Assembly: GCA_018239815.1 (NCBI GenBank)
Contig: JAFEGP010000027.1
Coordinates: 17,232 to 81,231, forward strand
DNA length: 64,000 bases
Source: Verrucomicrobiota bacterium
Lineage (GTDB): Bacteria > Chlamydiota > Chlamydiia > Chlamydiales > JAAKFR01
Reading direction: 5' to 3'
The translations under genes were made by a program, and so were the position numbers. Below are positions 48,581-57,981 of this stretch, one piece after another. The notes under the pieces were generated by a model. It did not search any database. It worked only from the letters and a program-made list of their open reading frames with translations, and was not told the DNA's origin. Position 1 is the stretch's first letter. Every line of letters starts with the position of its first letter.

Positions 48581-48684
48581 TCCACAGTCCTATTATGCAA
48601 GGCAAGTCATTCTGCCACGTCAATGGAATTCTGAGCCACACTAAATTTTAATTTTAAAAACAGAAAGCAATGATAATAGATCAT

Positions 48685-49119
48685 CTACGGAGAGAAAAAT
48701 AAAGCTCGTTTACGCTCTACGTGTAAAATAGCAGTCATCAAGGCTGTAATGCAGGCAAATAACAAAGCGGATAACATTGGAATTGTAAAAGGACCAAACA
48801 CCACAACGCGTTCTACACAACTGGGTCCATTGCCACAAATGTCAATGGGATTCCAGCCTGGAATTTCTTGGATACCTATCTGATACAATCCGACTAAACA
48901 TCCAAGTAAAGAAAGGGGAAGTACGTAGTAGGCCATGCCTAAAAATCCTCGATAGGCAGCAATACCAAGAAGAATGGTAAGGGGAAATAAGCACATGCGT
49001 TGGTACCAGCACAAGTGGCAAGGTTCTAATTGACGAATATGACTATAATAGAGACTTACAAGTGTGCCAACGCACGCCAATAACCACGCAAAGTATAAAC
49101 CATAACGTTGTAGCCACAT
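48685..49119 (-). CDS. dsbB: disulfide bond formation protein B (BdbC/DsbB type)
   Basis: 4-TM protein with CHLCWYQR and a second Cys pair, CGNGPSC. The ATG at 49119 has GGAGG 8 nt upstream and lies 1 nt after the dsbA-like stop. The track ORF extends to 49152. Confidence 0.8.
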   Translation of the reverse strand: MWLQRYGLYFAWLLACVGTLVSLYYSHIRQLEPCHLCWYQRMCLFPLTILLGIAAYRGFLGMAYYVLPLSLLGCLVGLYQIGIQEIPGWNPIDICGNGPSCVERVVVFGPFTIPMLSALLFACITALMTAILHVERKRALFFSP

Positions 49120-49120
49120 C

Positions 49121-49810
49121 TTATTTGCCTCCTCGTTCAAGTAACGTTTCAATCACATCTTTAACGCTGTCATAATTTAGCTCTTTTACTTCAATGCCAT
49201 TTACATAGATTGTGGGTGTGGCAATGTCTCCTCCCATAATACGTTTGCCATACTCAGTATTTTGTTGAATTTTAGTACGGTAATTTTGGGAATCAATGCA
49301 TTTTCTTAAACCTTGTGGTGAAATAGCAGGAGAAAGTTTCTCTGCGTATCCAACAAGGATATCTGTTGTAGCCCAATCTATGGTTTCTTCAGGTTGATGG
49401 CTATAGAGGTAATCAAGATATGAAAAATAGAGTTCTGCATTTGGATACGAACTATCAGTATGATAAACGCATAATAAAGCTACGGCCGCAGGCATAGAAC
49501 CTGGCAGAAAAGATACAGGGATAACAGTGTAGGTGATTTTTTGAGTGTCAATGAATTCTGTTTTAAGTTTGGGATAAATTTGCTGAGTAAATAAACGACA
49601 GTTACTACATTTTGGTTCTTCAAATACAACAACATGCACAACTGCTTTGCTATATCCAAGTGTGGGCTGATCTTTGATGTCTATGGCAATGGCATCTGGT
49701 AATTTAGGCTTGAGCAAGAGATTACCGAAAATTGCTGTGCAAAGGAGCAAAGCAAGTGTGATAAGAACTAAGATCTTAGGGGGTCGTACATCTGGGAGGC
49801 GTAATGTCAT
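49121..49810 (-). CDS. membrane-anchored DsbA-like thiol:disulfide oxidoreductase
   Basis: N-terminal anchor ILVLITLALLLCTAIFGNLLL and thioredoxin-fold active site FEEPKCSNC. Confidence 0.8.
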   Translation of the reverse strand: MTLRLPDVRPPKILVLITLALLLCTAIFGNLLLKPKLPDAIAIDIKDQPTLGYSKAVVHVVVFEEPKCSNCRLFTQQIYPKLKTEFIDTQKITYTVIPVSFLPGSMPAAVALLCVYHTDSSYPNAELYFSYLDYLYSHQPEETIDWATTDILVGYAEKLSPAISPQGLRKCIDSQNYRTKIQQNTEYGKRIMGGDIATPTIYVNGIEVKELNYDSVKDVIETLLERGGK

Positions 49811-49813
49811 ATT

Positions 49814-50215
49814 TTAATCTTCCTTGGGCGGTTTTCTAAGTTCTTTTTTTTCTGTTAGTTCTCTTTTTTGTTCGACCAGCTTGTGCTTTTGTCGTCTAGA
49901 ACGCCGCTGTTTTTGTTTTCGTATTTTTGCAGCTTCTTTAGCTAATTTACTTTGTTCTCCCTTTTGCAATTGCTCTAGTTTGTCACAAAGCGTCTGTAAC
50001 GCTCTATACATATTCAGGGTCTGGGAGCGCTCTTGCCCACATTTAATCTCTATCTCAGTAGGATGATGTTTAAGATAAACTGTGGTTGCTTTTTTATTGA
50101 CATGTTGACCTCCAGGCCCCGAGCCTAAGATAGACTTAATTGTCATATCTTCTTGCTGGACACCCAGATCAGTTAAACGTTTTTCTAAAGCCTCCCATTT
50201 TTGCCTTGAAATCAT
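49814..50215 (-). CDS. arfB: alternative ribosome-rescue factor ArfB (YaeJ-type peptidyl-tRNA hydrolase)
   Basis: 133 aa with the GGQ motif GSGPGGQHVNKKATTV and a lysine/arginine-rich C-terminal tail. Confidence 0.85.
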   Translation of the reverse strand: MISRQKWEALEKRLTDLGVQQEDMTIKSILGSGPGGQHVNKKATTVYLKHHPTEIEIKCGQERSQTLNMYRALQTLCDKLEQLQKGEQSKLAKEAAKIRKQKQRRSRRQKHKLVEQKRELTEKKELRKPPKED

Positions 50216-52311
50216 GAGCGACGAGTCAGTTGAAGTAACGATAAAGCTTGCTCAACAATTCGGTCAGTTGTGAAACCAAATTTCTTCAATAGCTCTTTTA
50301 AAGGCGCTGAAGCACCAAATGTTTTCATGCCAATGCAAAGTCCTTGAGATCCTACATAGCGTTCCCATCCAAAGGTAGAAGCTTGTTCAACAGAAATACG
50401 AGCTTTCACATCAGGAGGAAGGATAGAGTCTCGATAACTTTGATCTTGGCGATCAAAAAGTTCCCAGCAAGGCATGCTTACCACACGGCAGCGTACGCCT
50501 TCTTTGATAAGGGCTTCATGAGCTTGTAAACATAAAGGAACTTCACTACCTGTAGCTAGAAGGATAAGTTCAGGTTTATTTCCATCTGGAGCATCTGCGA
50601 GAATGTAAGCTCCTTTTTGCAACCCAGAAGCTGCCCCATATTTTTTGCGATCAAGAGTAGGCAGATTTTGGCGAGAAAGGATGAGTACAGTGGGTTCATG
50701 TTTGGCTTGTGCAATCCATTTCCAGGTTTCAACGACTTCGTTTGCATCACAAGGACGGAAGACGTGTAATCCAGGAATAGCTCGTAAAGAAGCTAGGTGT
50801 TCAACAGGCTGATGAGTAGGTCCATCCTCTCCAACCCCAATAGAATCATGGGTGAAGATATAAATTACGGGCAATTCCATGAGAGAAGATAGGCGAAGAG
50901 TAGGACGTAAGTAATCACTAAAAATTAAAAACCCTGAGCCATAAGGACGAATTTTAGATAAGGATAGTCCATTAAGAATAGCTCCCATGGCATGCTCACG
51001 AATGCCAAAATGGAAATTACGGCCTGACGTTGTTTGCGCAGAAAAATCACCCGCATTTTCAAAGGTAAGATGGGTTTTTGTGGAAGGAGATAAATCAGCT
51101 GCCCCTCCAATTAACCATGGAAAATTTTGTGCTATTGAATTTAACACCAAGCCCGAAGAAGCGCGCGTAGCCATGCCTTTAGGGTCAGCAGGAAATTCCT
51201 TGAGATTTTGAGCCCAATGATCAGGTGGCTCTCTATGTTGCATTTGATAAAGTTGTTGAGCAAGCTCAGGATAAGTTTTTTTATACTCTTCATATAAAGC
51301 AAACCAAGCTTTGCTTAGAGTTTGACCTCTTGAACCTATACCTTCTTGGAAATGTTGATACACTCCATCAGGAATATAGAATTTAGCGTCTTCAGGCCAA
51401 CCATAATTGCGTTTGGTAAGACGGATCTCTTCTTCCCCTAAAGGTTCGCCATGAGCTTGAGATGTATCTTGTTTATGTGGAGATCCATAACCAATATGAC
51501 TGTCTACAATTACTAAAGTAGGACGATCTGTTGTGCGATGGAAAGTGTCAAAGGCTCTTTCTAACATTACCAGATCATTAGCATCACTGACGCGTAATAC
51601 ATTCCAGCCATAGGCCAAAAAGCGTGTGGCTACATCTTCTGTAAAAGCTAAAGATGTAGAACCTTCAATGGTAATGTGGTTATTGTCATAGATCCAACAA
51701 AGATTGGACAGTTTAAGATGGCCAGCCAAAGATGCGGCTTCGGAAGAAATACCTTCCATCATATCGCCATCGCCACAGGTCACATAGACACTGTAGTCAA
51801 AAAGTTCGAAGCCTGGGCGATTGAAATAAGAAGCCATCCAACGACTTGAAATAGCCATACCAACACTTGTTGCAACACCTTGACCCAAGGGCCCTGTTGT
51901 TGTTTCCACTCCTGATGTCCAACGGTACTCCGGATGTCCTGGACATTTGCTGTCGAGTTGTCGGAACTTTTTAATGTCATCTAATGTAACAGAAGGTTTT
52001 CCTAGTGTTTCGTATTTTGCATTGACAGCTTGAACTTGTGTGAGATGGAGTAAGGAGTAAAGAAGCATGGAAGCATGACCGCCAGATAAAACAAAGCGAT
52101 CACGATTTGGCCAAATAGGGCTGGCAGGATCAAAGCGTAAATATTTTTGCCAAACGCAGTAAGCAACAGGAGCAAGACCCATGGGAGTGCCTGGATGACC
52201 AGAGTCTGCAGCTTGGACAGCGTCAATTGCTAATGTGCGTATTGTATTAATGGCCAGGGTTTCTTGCTGAAACTGCTTGGCAGTGACTCCCTCATGCTTA
52301 AGTTCGCTCAT
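50212..52311 (-). CDS. tkt: transketolase
   Basis: 699 aa with ADSGHPGTPMG, GDGDMMEG and THDSIGVGEDGPTHQP. Confidence 0.95.
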   Translation of the reverse strand: MSELKHEGVTAKQFQQETLAINTIRTLAIDAVQAADSGHPGTPMGLAPVAYCVWQKYLRFDPASPIWPNRDRFVLSGGHASMLLYSLLHLTQVQAVNAKYETLGKPSVTLDDIKKFRQLDSKCPGHPEYRWTSGVETTTGPLGQGVATSVGMAISSRWMASYFNRPGFELFDYSVYVTCGDGDMMEGISSEAASLAGHLKLSNLCWIYDNNHITIEGSTSLAFTEDVATRFLAYGWNVLRVSDANDLVMLERAFDTFHRTTDRPTLVIVDSHIGYGSPHKQDTSQAHGEPLGEEEIRLTKRNYGWPEDAKFYIPDGVYQHFQEGIGSRGQTLSKAWFALYEEYKKTYPELAQQLYQMQHREPPDHWAQNLKEFPADPKGMATRASSGLVLNSIAQNFPWLIGGAADLSPSTKTHLTFENAGDFSAQTTSGRNFHFGIREHAMGAILNGLSLSKIRPYGSGFLIFSDYLRPTLRLSSLMELPVIYIFTHDSIGVGEDGPTHQPVEHLASLRAIPGLHVFRPCDANEVVETWKWIAQAKHEPTVLILSRQNLPTLDRKKYGAASGLQKGAYILADAPDGNKPELILLATGSEVPLCLQAHEALIKEGVRCRVVSMPCWELFDRQDQSYRDSILPPDVKARISVEQASTFGWERYVGSQGLCIGMKTFGASAPLKELLKKFGFTTDRIVEQALSLLQLTRRS

Positions 52312-52454
52312 TTTTTCTCCTTGTGGTACTTAATTTTATGACATGTGACTAAAAAAAGAGAGGGAGGTTAAGGTCGAATGCACATACACTAGTATTTTTT
52401 TTACACGATTGCTAGGATTGTCTACAAGTCCAAGAAAGAATAACGGGAGTTGTT

Positions 52455-53567
52455 ATGACGGAAAAGAAAGTAGTTGTGGTCACAGGAAGTAGTGGACGCG
52501 TGGGAGCACGTGTAATAGCTCGTTTACCAGAGCAATATCAAGCAATAGGCATGGATTTTATAGGAACAACCATCCCTCGTGCTGATGTTGAATTTATGTT
52601 CGTTGACTTAGGTTCTGACTATAGTGTTGAGTGTGCTTTCAATCGTATCCATAAAGAGTATGGAGGTCGTATTGCTTCGATTGTTCACTTGGCTGCTTAT
52701 TATAGCTTTACAGGTAAAAATCTTGATCTTTATGAAAAAATCACAGTGCAAGGTACGCGTCGACTTTTAGATCAAACAAAGCACTGTAAAGTTGAGCAGT
52801 TTCTTTTTACAAGTACAATGCTTGTTCATGAGCCTACAGCACGTGGAGTTATACAAGATGAAACTTCACCGATTAAAGGTAAGTGGCATTATCCAGCTTC
52901 TAAAGTTCGTACAGAAGAGCTCATTCGCGCCACGCATTCTGATGTGCCAACTGCTATTGTACGTATTGCAGGTTGCTATGACGAGGAATGTAACTGTATC
53001 CCAATTTCTCAACATATTTCACGTATTTATGAAAGACAGCTAACAAGTTTCTTGTTTCCTGGAAATTCTTCTCATGGAGTGCCTTATACACACTTTGATG
53101 ATCTTATTGACATGATTTTATTGATCATTGAAAAACGCGCAACTTTACCAAAAGAGAGTGTTTTCTTGTGTGTAGAAGAAGATTCTATGACATATCGCGA
53201 ACTTCAAACTACTTTCGGTCAATTATTACACGGTAATAAAAAATGGCCTATGATTTGGACTCCTAAATTTGTGGCAAAAATGGGAGCGGTTGTCCTGAAT
53301 AGTCTGCCATTTGGTCCGCCTCAATTTATTAAACCTTGGATGGTGGATTTGGCGGATGACAATTATGAATTTACTATGGCACATGCTAAAAAAGTGCTGG
53401 GTTGGTCACCAAAACGCTCCTTAAGAGCGACTTTACCTACTATTGTTAAAAACATGTTAAAGGATCCTGTGGCTTGGTACAAGCGTCATGGCATTCCTTT
53501 ATCCCAATATGTTTTAAAACATGGTAAGAAAGAGTCTAAATGCGGAGGGTGTGGCTGTGGTAAATAA
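52455..53567 (+). CDS. NAD-dependent epimerase/dehydratase family (extended SDR) protein with C-terminal CGGCGCGK tail
   Basis: Rossmann motif VVVVTGSSGRVGARV and catalytic YPASK. The C-terminus is KKESKCGGCGCGK. Confidence 0.8.
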   Translation: MTEKKVVVVTGSSGRVGARVIARLPEQYQAIGMDFIGTTIPRADVEFMFVDLGSDYSVECAFNRIHKEYGGRIASIVHLAAYYSFTGKNLDLYEKITVQGTRRLLDQTKHCKVEQFLFTSTMLVHEPTARGVIQDETSPIKGKWHYPASKVRTEELIRATHSDVPTAIVRIAGCYDEECNCIPISQHISRIYERQLTSFLFPGNSSHGVPYTHFDDLIDMILLIIEKRATLPKESVFLCVEEDSMTYRELQTTFGQLLHGNKKWPMIWTPKFVAKMGAVVLNSLPFGPPQFIKPWMVDLADDNYEFTMAHAKKVLGWSPKRSLRATLPTIVKNMLKDPVAWYKRHGIPLSQYVLKHGKKESKCGGCGCGK

Positions 53568-54882
53568 TCGAGATGTGCAAACCTACCAGAAATTTCATAA
53601 CAGAATGTTATGGACTAGATTTGTAACTGTTGTGTTGGGACTATGGCTACTTGCTAGTCCCGCAACCTTTGCTTATTCTCAATCAGCTTTAATCAAAAGT
53701 GATTTAATTTCAGGGGTGTTGTTAATTCTATTTGGTTTTCTGTCCATGTCCTTTCCTTTAAGAGGTTGGATTTGGGGAGGGTGCTTTGTAGGGATTTGGT
53801 TGCAAATGGCGCCGCTTATTTTTTGGGCAGAGCAGCCTGTTGTGTATCTAAATGACACGCTTATTGGAATTTTGGCTATCGCTTTTTGTGTTTTAGTTCC
53901 TCTAAGACCCGCTGCATTTGAAGTCGGACCCCAGCTTCCAGCTGGATGGAGTTACAATCCCTCTTCCTGGCAGCAACGGGTGCCTATTATCTTTTTTGCT
54001 ATTGTGGGATGGTTTGTGGCCCGTTATTTGAGCGCTTATCAGCTTCATTTTACAGATAAGGTATGGCCTTACCATGACGGAACAGTGCAAGTATTAACTT
54101 CCACAGTTGCTCACAATTTTCCTGTGTCTGATGCAGGGTTAGGCGCTGTAGCATATTGTTTGGAAGCGATTATGGGAGCTAAGGGAGGAGTGCGTCGTTG
54201 GCATACAATGCCTTGGCTTGTTGTGATTTTTGGCATTTTAGTCATTCCACTTGGTTTTACAAGCATTGTGCTTGTAACCTTACAGCCTTTAGTTGTAGGT
54301 GCTTGGTGTGTGTTATGCCTTATCATTGCAGCTTGTATGCTAGTCATGTTGTCTTTAACAGTAGATGAGATGGTTTGTGTGTGCCAATACATTAGGCAGG
54401 AAATGCGTAACTCAGGACGTGGTTTTTGGGATGTGTTGATACGTGGTTCTAACTATACCAGAGATGAAACAGATCCTCGCACTCCTTTAGTGTATTCTTC
54501 ATTGAAGGATTTTGTAAAAACTATGGTGTTAGGAGTGAGTTTGCCTTGGAATCTTGTTGTAACAGCGATTTTGGGAGCTTGGTTGCTTTTTGTAGATAGC
54601 TTTTTAGGTTTTTCTGGGCTTGTTGCAAAGAGTGGTAACGTAATGGGAGCTTTAACAGTTGTTTGTTCAATCATTGCGTGGGCAGAGGTTGCAAGAGCTC
54701 TGCGCTTCCTCAATCTTTTGCTTATGGCATGGTTGATCGTTGGTTCTATTATTTTACCTGGAGCCACGATGACAACGATCATTCACGGAGCAATCTTGGG
54801 AGGAGTTGTTATTGTGCTTTCTCTTTTTAAAGGTTCTAAAATCAAAGAAAAGTATGGAACTTGGCAAAAACTGATTTTCTAA
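53521..54882 (+). CDS. polytopic membrane protein with a VKOR-like (vitamin K epoxide reductase family) core
   Basis: ~10 TM segments. An SPW-repeat-like N-terminus (LGLWLLASP) precedes LTSTVAHNFPVSDAGLGAVAYCLE and a TM CxxC, GAWCVLCL. The start is uncertain; the ORF overlaps the upstream SDR gene by 47 nt. Confidence 0.6.
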   Translation: MVRKSLNAEGVAVVNNRDVQTYQKFHNRMLWTRFVTVVLGLWLLASPATFAYSQSALIKSDLISGVLLILFGFLSMSFPLRGWIWGGCFVGIWLQMAPLIFWAEQPVVYLNDTLIGILAIAFCVLVPLRPAAFEVGPQLPAGWSYNPSSWQQRVPIIFFAIVGWFVARYLSAYQLHFTDKVWPYHDGTVQVLTSTVAHNFPVSDAGLGAVAYCLEAIMGAKGGVRRWHTMPWLVVIFGILVIPLGFTSIVLVTLQPLVVGAWCVLCLIIAACMLVMLSLTVDEMVCVCQYIRQEMRNSGRGFWDVLIRGSNYTRDETDPRTPLVYSSLKDFVKTMVLGVSLPWNLVVTAILGAWLLFVDSFLGFSGLVAKSGNVMGALTVVCSIIAWAEVARALRFLNLLLMAWLIVGSIILPGATMTTIIHGAILGGVVIVLSLFKGSKIKEKYGTWQKLIF

Positions 54883-54907
54883 CATCTTGAATAAATTCAA
54901 TAGATGT

Positions 54908-54955
54908 AAGGCCACTCTTCGATATAACTATCAGAGAGTGGCCTTTGTTATTTTT
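54908..54955 (+). terminator. Rho-independent terminator after the VKOR-like gene
   Basis: AAGGCCACTCT (54908..54918) pairs perfectly with AGAGTGGCCTT (54935..54945). It is followed by TGTTATTTTT. Confidence 0.75.
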
Positions 54956-55051
54956 ATGCATGAAAAATTAGTCGTAGTCAAAAAAACATCTTTTTCTTTC
55001 CTTAATATATCTGACAACTTAGTCTTTTTGCTAACACATTAGGAGTGTATT

Positions 55052-55759
55052 ATGGCCATTAGATGGGAACAATTCACAGATGAAGCTGTGCAGGCATGTG
55101 TTTATCGCTACAAACAGGGAGAGATGAGCCAAATCGAAGTTTATGTAAGTAAATTTCAGTTTGTTTTTGGTTCGGGTTATGTTTTTTCTTCTTCATCACC
55201 AAGAAGTGGCTATGAGACTCATTTAAAAGGTGTAACAGCGGCTTCTACTACTCGCAATTTTCCTTTAGCTAAAATGTTTGTAGATGAAGTGTTGCGCGCT
55301 TTTAAGATGCAACAAACGACTTATAACCTCATTGAACAGCATTTGAATGAGGCGCGGAGTAGTTGTTTTAGTCGAGCTCAAGGTGAAGAACAAGCGGAAC
55401 AAACTGACGCTGTGTTGGTGACTCAAGAAGAACCAAAAATAGTTGCGTATTTTTATTCAACACGGGCAAGTGGCCTTGCTTCGGATGCAGGTGAACGAGG
55501 AGGGCGCGATGATATTTTTGAGATATTTGTTCCATTACATGGGCTTGTTTTGGGTCGGTCCTATGTTAGAGTAGCTTCTCAACCACGTAATACTTATGTA
55601 AATCATGCAGGGCAAAAATTACTAACAAAGCTATTTCCTATATTTTTACCAATATCGATGATAACTCTTATAAATCAAACAATGCAGGTGCAAAGACAAT
55701 TGAATATACATTCCATAGCTGTCATGGATGAAATTGTTCAGCATGGACCTTTTGTTTGA
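55052..55759 (+). CDS. hypothetical protein made of two tandemly duplicated ~100 aa domains
   Basis: 235 aa. IEVYVSKFQFVFGSGYVFSSSSPRSGYETH in the first half parallels FEIFVPLHGLVLGRSYVRVASQPRNTYVNH in the second half. Confidence 0.65.
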   Translation: MAIRWEQFTDEAVQACVYRYKQGEMSQIEVYVSKFQFVFGSGYVFSSSSPRSGYETHLKGVTAASTTRNFPLAKMFVDEVLRAFKMQQTTYNLIEQHLNEARSSCFSRAQGEEQAEQTDAVLVTQEEPKIVAYFYSTRASGLASDAGERGGRDDIFEIFVPLHGLVLGRSYVRVASQPRNTYVNHAGQKLLTKLFPIFLPISMITLINQTMQVQRQLNIHSIAVMDEIVQHGPFV

Positions 55760-55779
55760 TGTAGAGGTAAAAAATTTGT

Positions 55780-56091
55780 TTAGCGGTGTTCTCTAAATCT
55801 ATAAGTAACTAGACAACAGACAAGTGGTAAGGCGCAGATAGCCGCCACTGTTAAAGCAAGAGGAACAAGAGACAATCCCGTTAGAATTTTTCCTGCTAAT
55901 ACCATAGAAGGATTACCGTGAGAAGCGCCTGCAGCCCAAAGAGCAATGCCTACTATAAGCATGATCACTGTAAGAGAACCACTTTCTTTTGAAGTAGTTG
56001 GGCGATGTCTGGAAGTATCAGTGCCGCCTAAACCGGGTCTAGAGGTAGGCGGATAAATAGAATTGTAAGATGGAGGGGGAGATGTTGCCAT
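55780..56091 (-). CDS. small Pro-rich membrane protein with bilobed hydrophobic domain (Inc-like candidate)
   Basis: It starts MATSPPPSYNSIYPPTSRPGLGG, with an AGGA RBS 5 nt upstream of the ATG at 56091. The hydrophobic segments are LTVIMLIVGIALWAAGA and LSLVPLALTVAAICALPLVCCLV. Confidence 0.55.
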   Translation of the reverse strand: MATSPPPSYNSIYPPTSRPGLGGTDTSRHRPTTSKESGSLTVIMLIVGIALWAAGASHGNPSMVLAGKILTGLSLVPLALTVAAICALPLVCCLVTYRFREHR

Positions 56092-56183
56092 TTTTGTCCT
56101 GACAATCGTTAAGTTTGTTTTGAAGTAAGATTTTAAAAAATCAAAAATCTTCAATGCAAGACAAAAATTGTGCTTGGAATCCT

Positions 56184-57305
56184 TTAAAGGCGATCTTCGC
56201 AGATATTTTTTCGAATTTCTTCCATCGTCCGGACCATAAAATGTAAATTATGGATTGTAGCAAGCGAATAAGCCGTGAGTTCTTTGGCTTTAAATAAATG
56301 ATGGAGATATGCCAAAGAAGTGGTTTGACATGTTGGGCATGTACAACCTGGTTCAATCGGTACGAATAAGCGGCGATGGCAAGTTTGCAGAATTTTTAAG
56401 CCGCCTGTTTTAGTGAATAAAAATCCGTGACGCGCTGCCTTTGTAGGATAAGAGCTATCAAACGTATCAATACCTAAGGGAATTAGCTCATGTAGAGAAG
56501 GTAAGTCGCCAATGCCGAGCAGGTGATTGGGCTTATCGTCAGGAAGCATAGGCCGTGTAAAGGAGATAAGGTCTAGAAGTTCTTGGCGATTTTTGCCTAC
56601 ACTCCCTCCTATAGCAAATCCATCAAAAGGTTCTTTTGTTAAGGTCTCACAGGAGAGTCGACGCAAGCTTTGATCAATACCACCATGAATCACTCCATAC
56701 ATGGCTTGACGTTTCGGTTCTTTAAGATGGGCGGCTAGAGAGCGTAATTCCCAGCGATGTGTGCGAGCTAAAGAAAACTTTAAAGCTTCTTCTCCAATAT
56801 GGTAAGGAGGGAGTTCATCGAAAGGAATAATAATATCAGCGCCTAAATCTTTTTGAGCTTGTACAGATGTTTCAGGTGTTAAAAGTACTTTGCTACCATC
56901 TCGGTATGAGCGAAATAAAACACCGTCTTCCGTGATTTTTAAGACAGAGCCATCCCCCTTTTTTTTACCTCGAGATTTGAGTTCGTCATGAACAGATCCA
57001 TAGGCCAAAGAGAAAACTTGAAAGCCGCCAGAATCTGTAATCAAAGGCATGGAACGGTTCATAAAGCTGTGTAGCCCTCCAGCTTCTCTAACTACATCCG
57101 TGCCAGGCTGTAGAAGAAGATGATAGGTATTACAAAACATCAACTCTAAACCAATTTTTTCCACAAGATCTGTAGAGAGACTTTTAATGGTTCCATTTGT
57201 GCCTACAGCAACAAAACCGGGTGTCTGGATGATACCATGAGGTGTATGGATGCGGCCTACACGTGCTTTTGATTTGCTGGACTGGTAAAGGATTTCAAAA
57301 TGCAC
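56184..57305 (-). CDS. tgt: queuine tRNA-ribosyltransferase
   Basis: DSGGFQVFS, LGIGDLP, and the zinc site CTCPTC...H. Confidence 0.93.
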   Translation of the reverse strand: MHFEILYQSSKSKARVGRIHTPHGIIQTPGFVAVGTNGTIKSLSTDLVEKIGLELMFCNTYHLLLQPGTDVVREAGGLHSFMNRSMPLITDSGGFQVFSLAYGSVHDELKSRGKKKGDGSVLKITEDGVLFRSYRDGSKVLLTPETSVQAQKDLGADIIIPFDELPPYHIGEEALKFSLARTHRWELRSLAAHLKEPKRQAMYGVIHGGIDQSLRRLSCETLTKEPFDGFAIGGSVGKNRQELLDLISFTRPMLPDDKPNHLLGIGDLPSLHELIPLGIDTFDSSYPTKAARHGFLFTKTGGLKILQTCHRRLFVPIEPGCTCPTCQTTSLAYLHHLFKAKELTAYSLATIHNLHFMVRTMEEIRKNICEDRL

Positions 57306-57963
57306 GTATCATTCTCCTTGATAGAGCTGCATAAGGACTGGACAAAACAATAACAAGCCATTTAGTAAGTAGACTAAACACAATAATATCTTGAATGTGA
57401 GGAACAATGCCATACAGACCTAGATAGGAAAATAGAACTGTGTCAAGAGTTTGCGCGCATAGCAATGAGAGGGTAATACGCGCAGTCAGCCATCGGCCAG
57501 CCGCTTTTTCGCGAAGTAAGGAAAAAAAATTAATATCACAAAGTTGTACGATAAGGAATGTAACAAGAGAGGCTATAACAAGGCGCAGCTGAGGAAAAAA
57601 TAGACGATAGAGTAAAGAATGTGCCTGATCATAATCACTAGGCTGATAAACTAAAGTCATAAAAGAAAGAAAAAGAAAAGCCAATGAAGCAAAACAGGTA
57701 ATCCAAATCGTTCTCATTGCCTCTTTGCGTCCAAAAAACTCTTGAATTAAATTTAATCCAAGCAGATATCCTACGGCCAAAGCATCACTGCAAGTGACGT
57801 GCAACCCAAAGACTTTAATTTGTTTGAGTACAAATAAATTCATTCCGATCACAAGCAGTGTCAACCATATTTTAATGGCCTCTTTGCCAAGAGCAAGAGC
57901 GGCAAGCGTTAGAATAGAAATGCCAGCTGAATGCAAAAAAAGAATAAATAAATTACTAAACAT
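57295..57963 (-). CDS. queuosine-precursor transporter (YhhQ/VUT family)
   Basis: 222 aa with 6 TM segments, overlapping tgt by 11 nt. The tgt pairing is typical of this family. Confidence 0.7.
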   Translation of the reverse strand: MFSNLFILFLHSAGISILTLAALALGKEAIKIWLTLLVIGMNLFVLKQIKVFGLHVTCSDALAVGYLLGLNLIQEFFGRKEAMRTIWITCFASLAFLFLSFMTLVYQPSDYDQAHSLLYRLFFPQLRLVIASLVTFLIVQLCDINFFSLLREKAAGRWLTARITLSLLCAQTLDTVLFSYLGLYGIVPHIQDIIVFSLLTKWLVIVLSSPYAALSRRMIRAF

Positions 57964-57981
57964 GGTAAGTGGGTAACCATT

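Noticed and set aside
56141-56356. 71 aa ORF overlapping the 3' end of tgt, plus the upstream extension of the Inc-like ORF to 56154
   Set aside because: It is out of frame within tgt. The Inc-like gene has a better start with an RBS at 56091.
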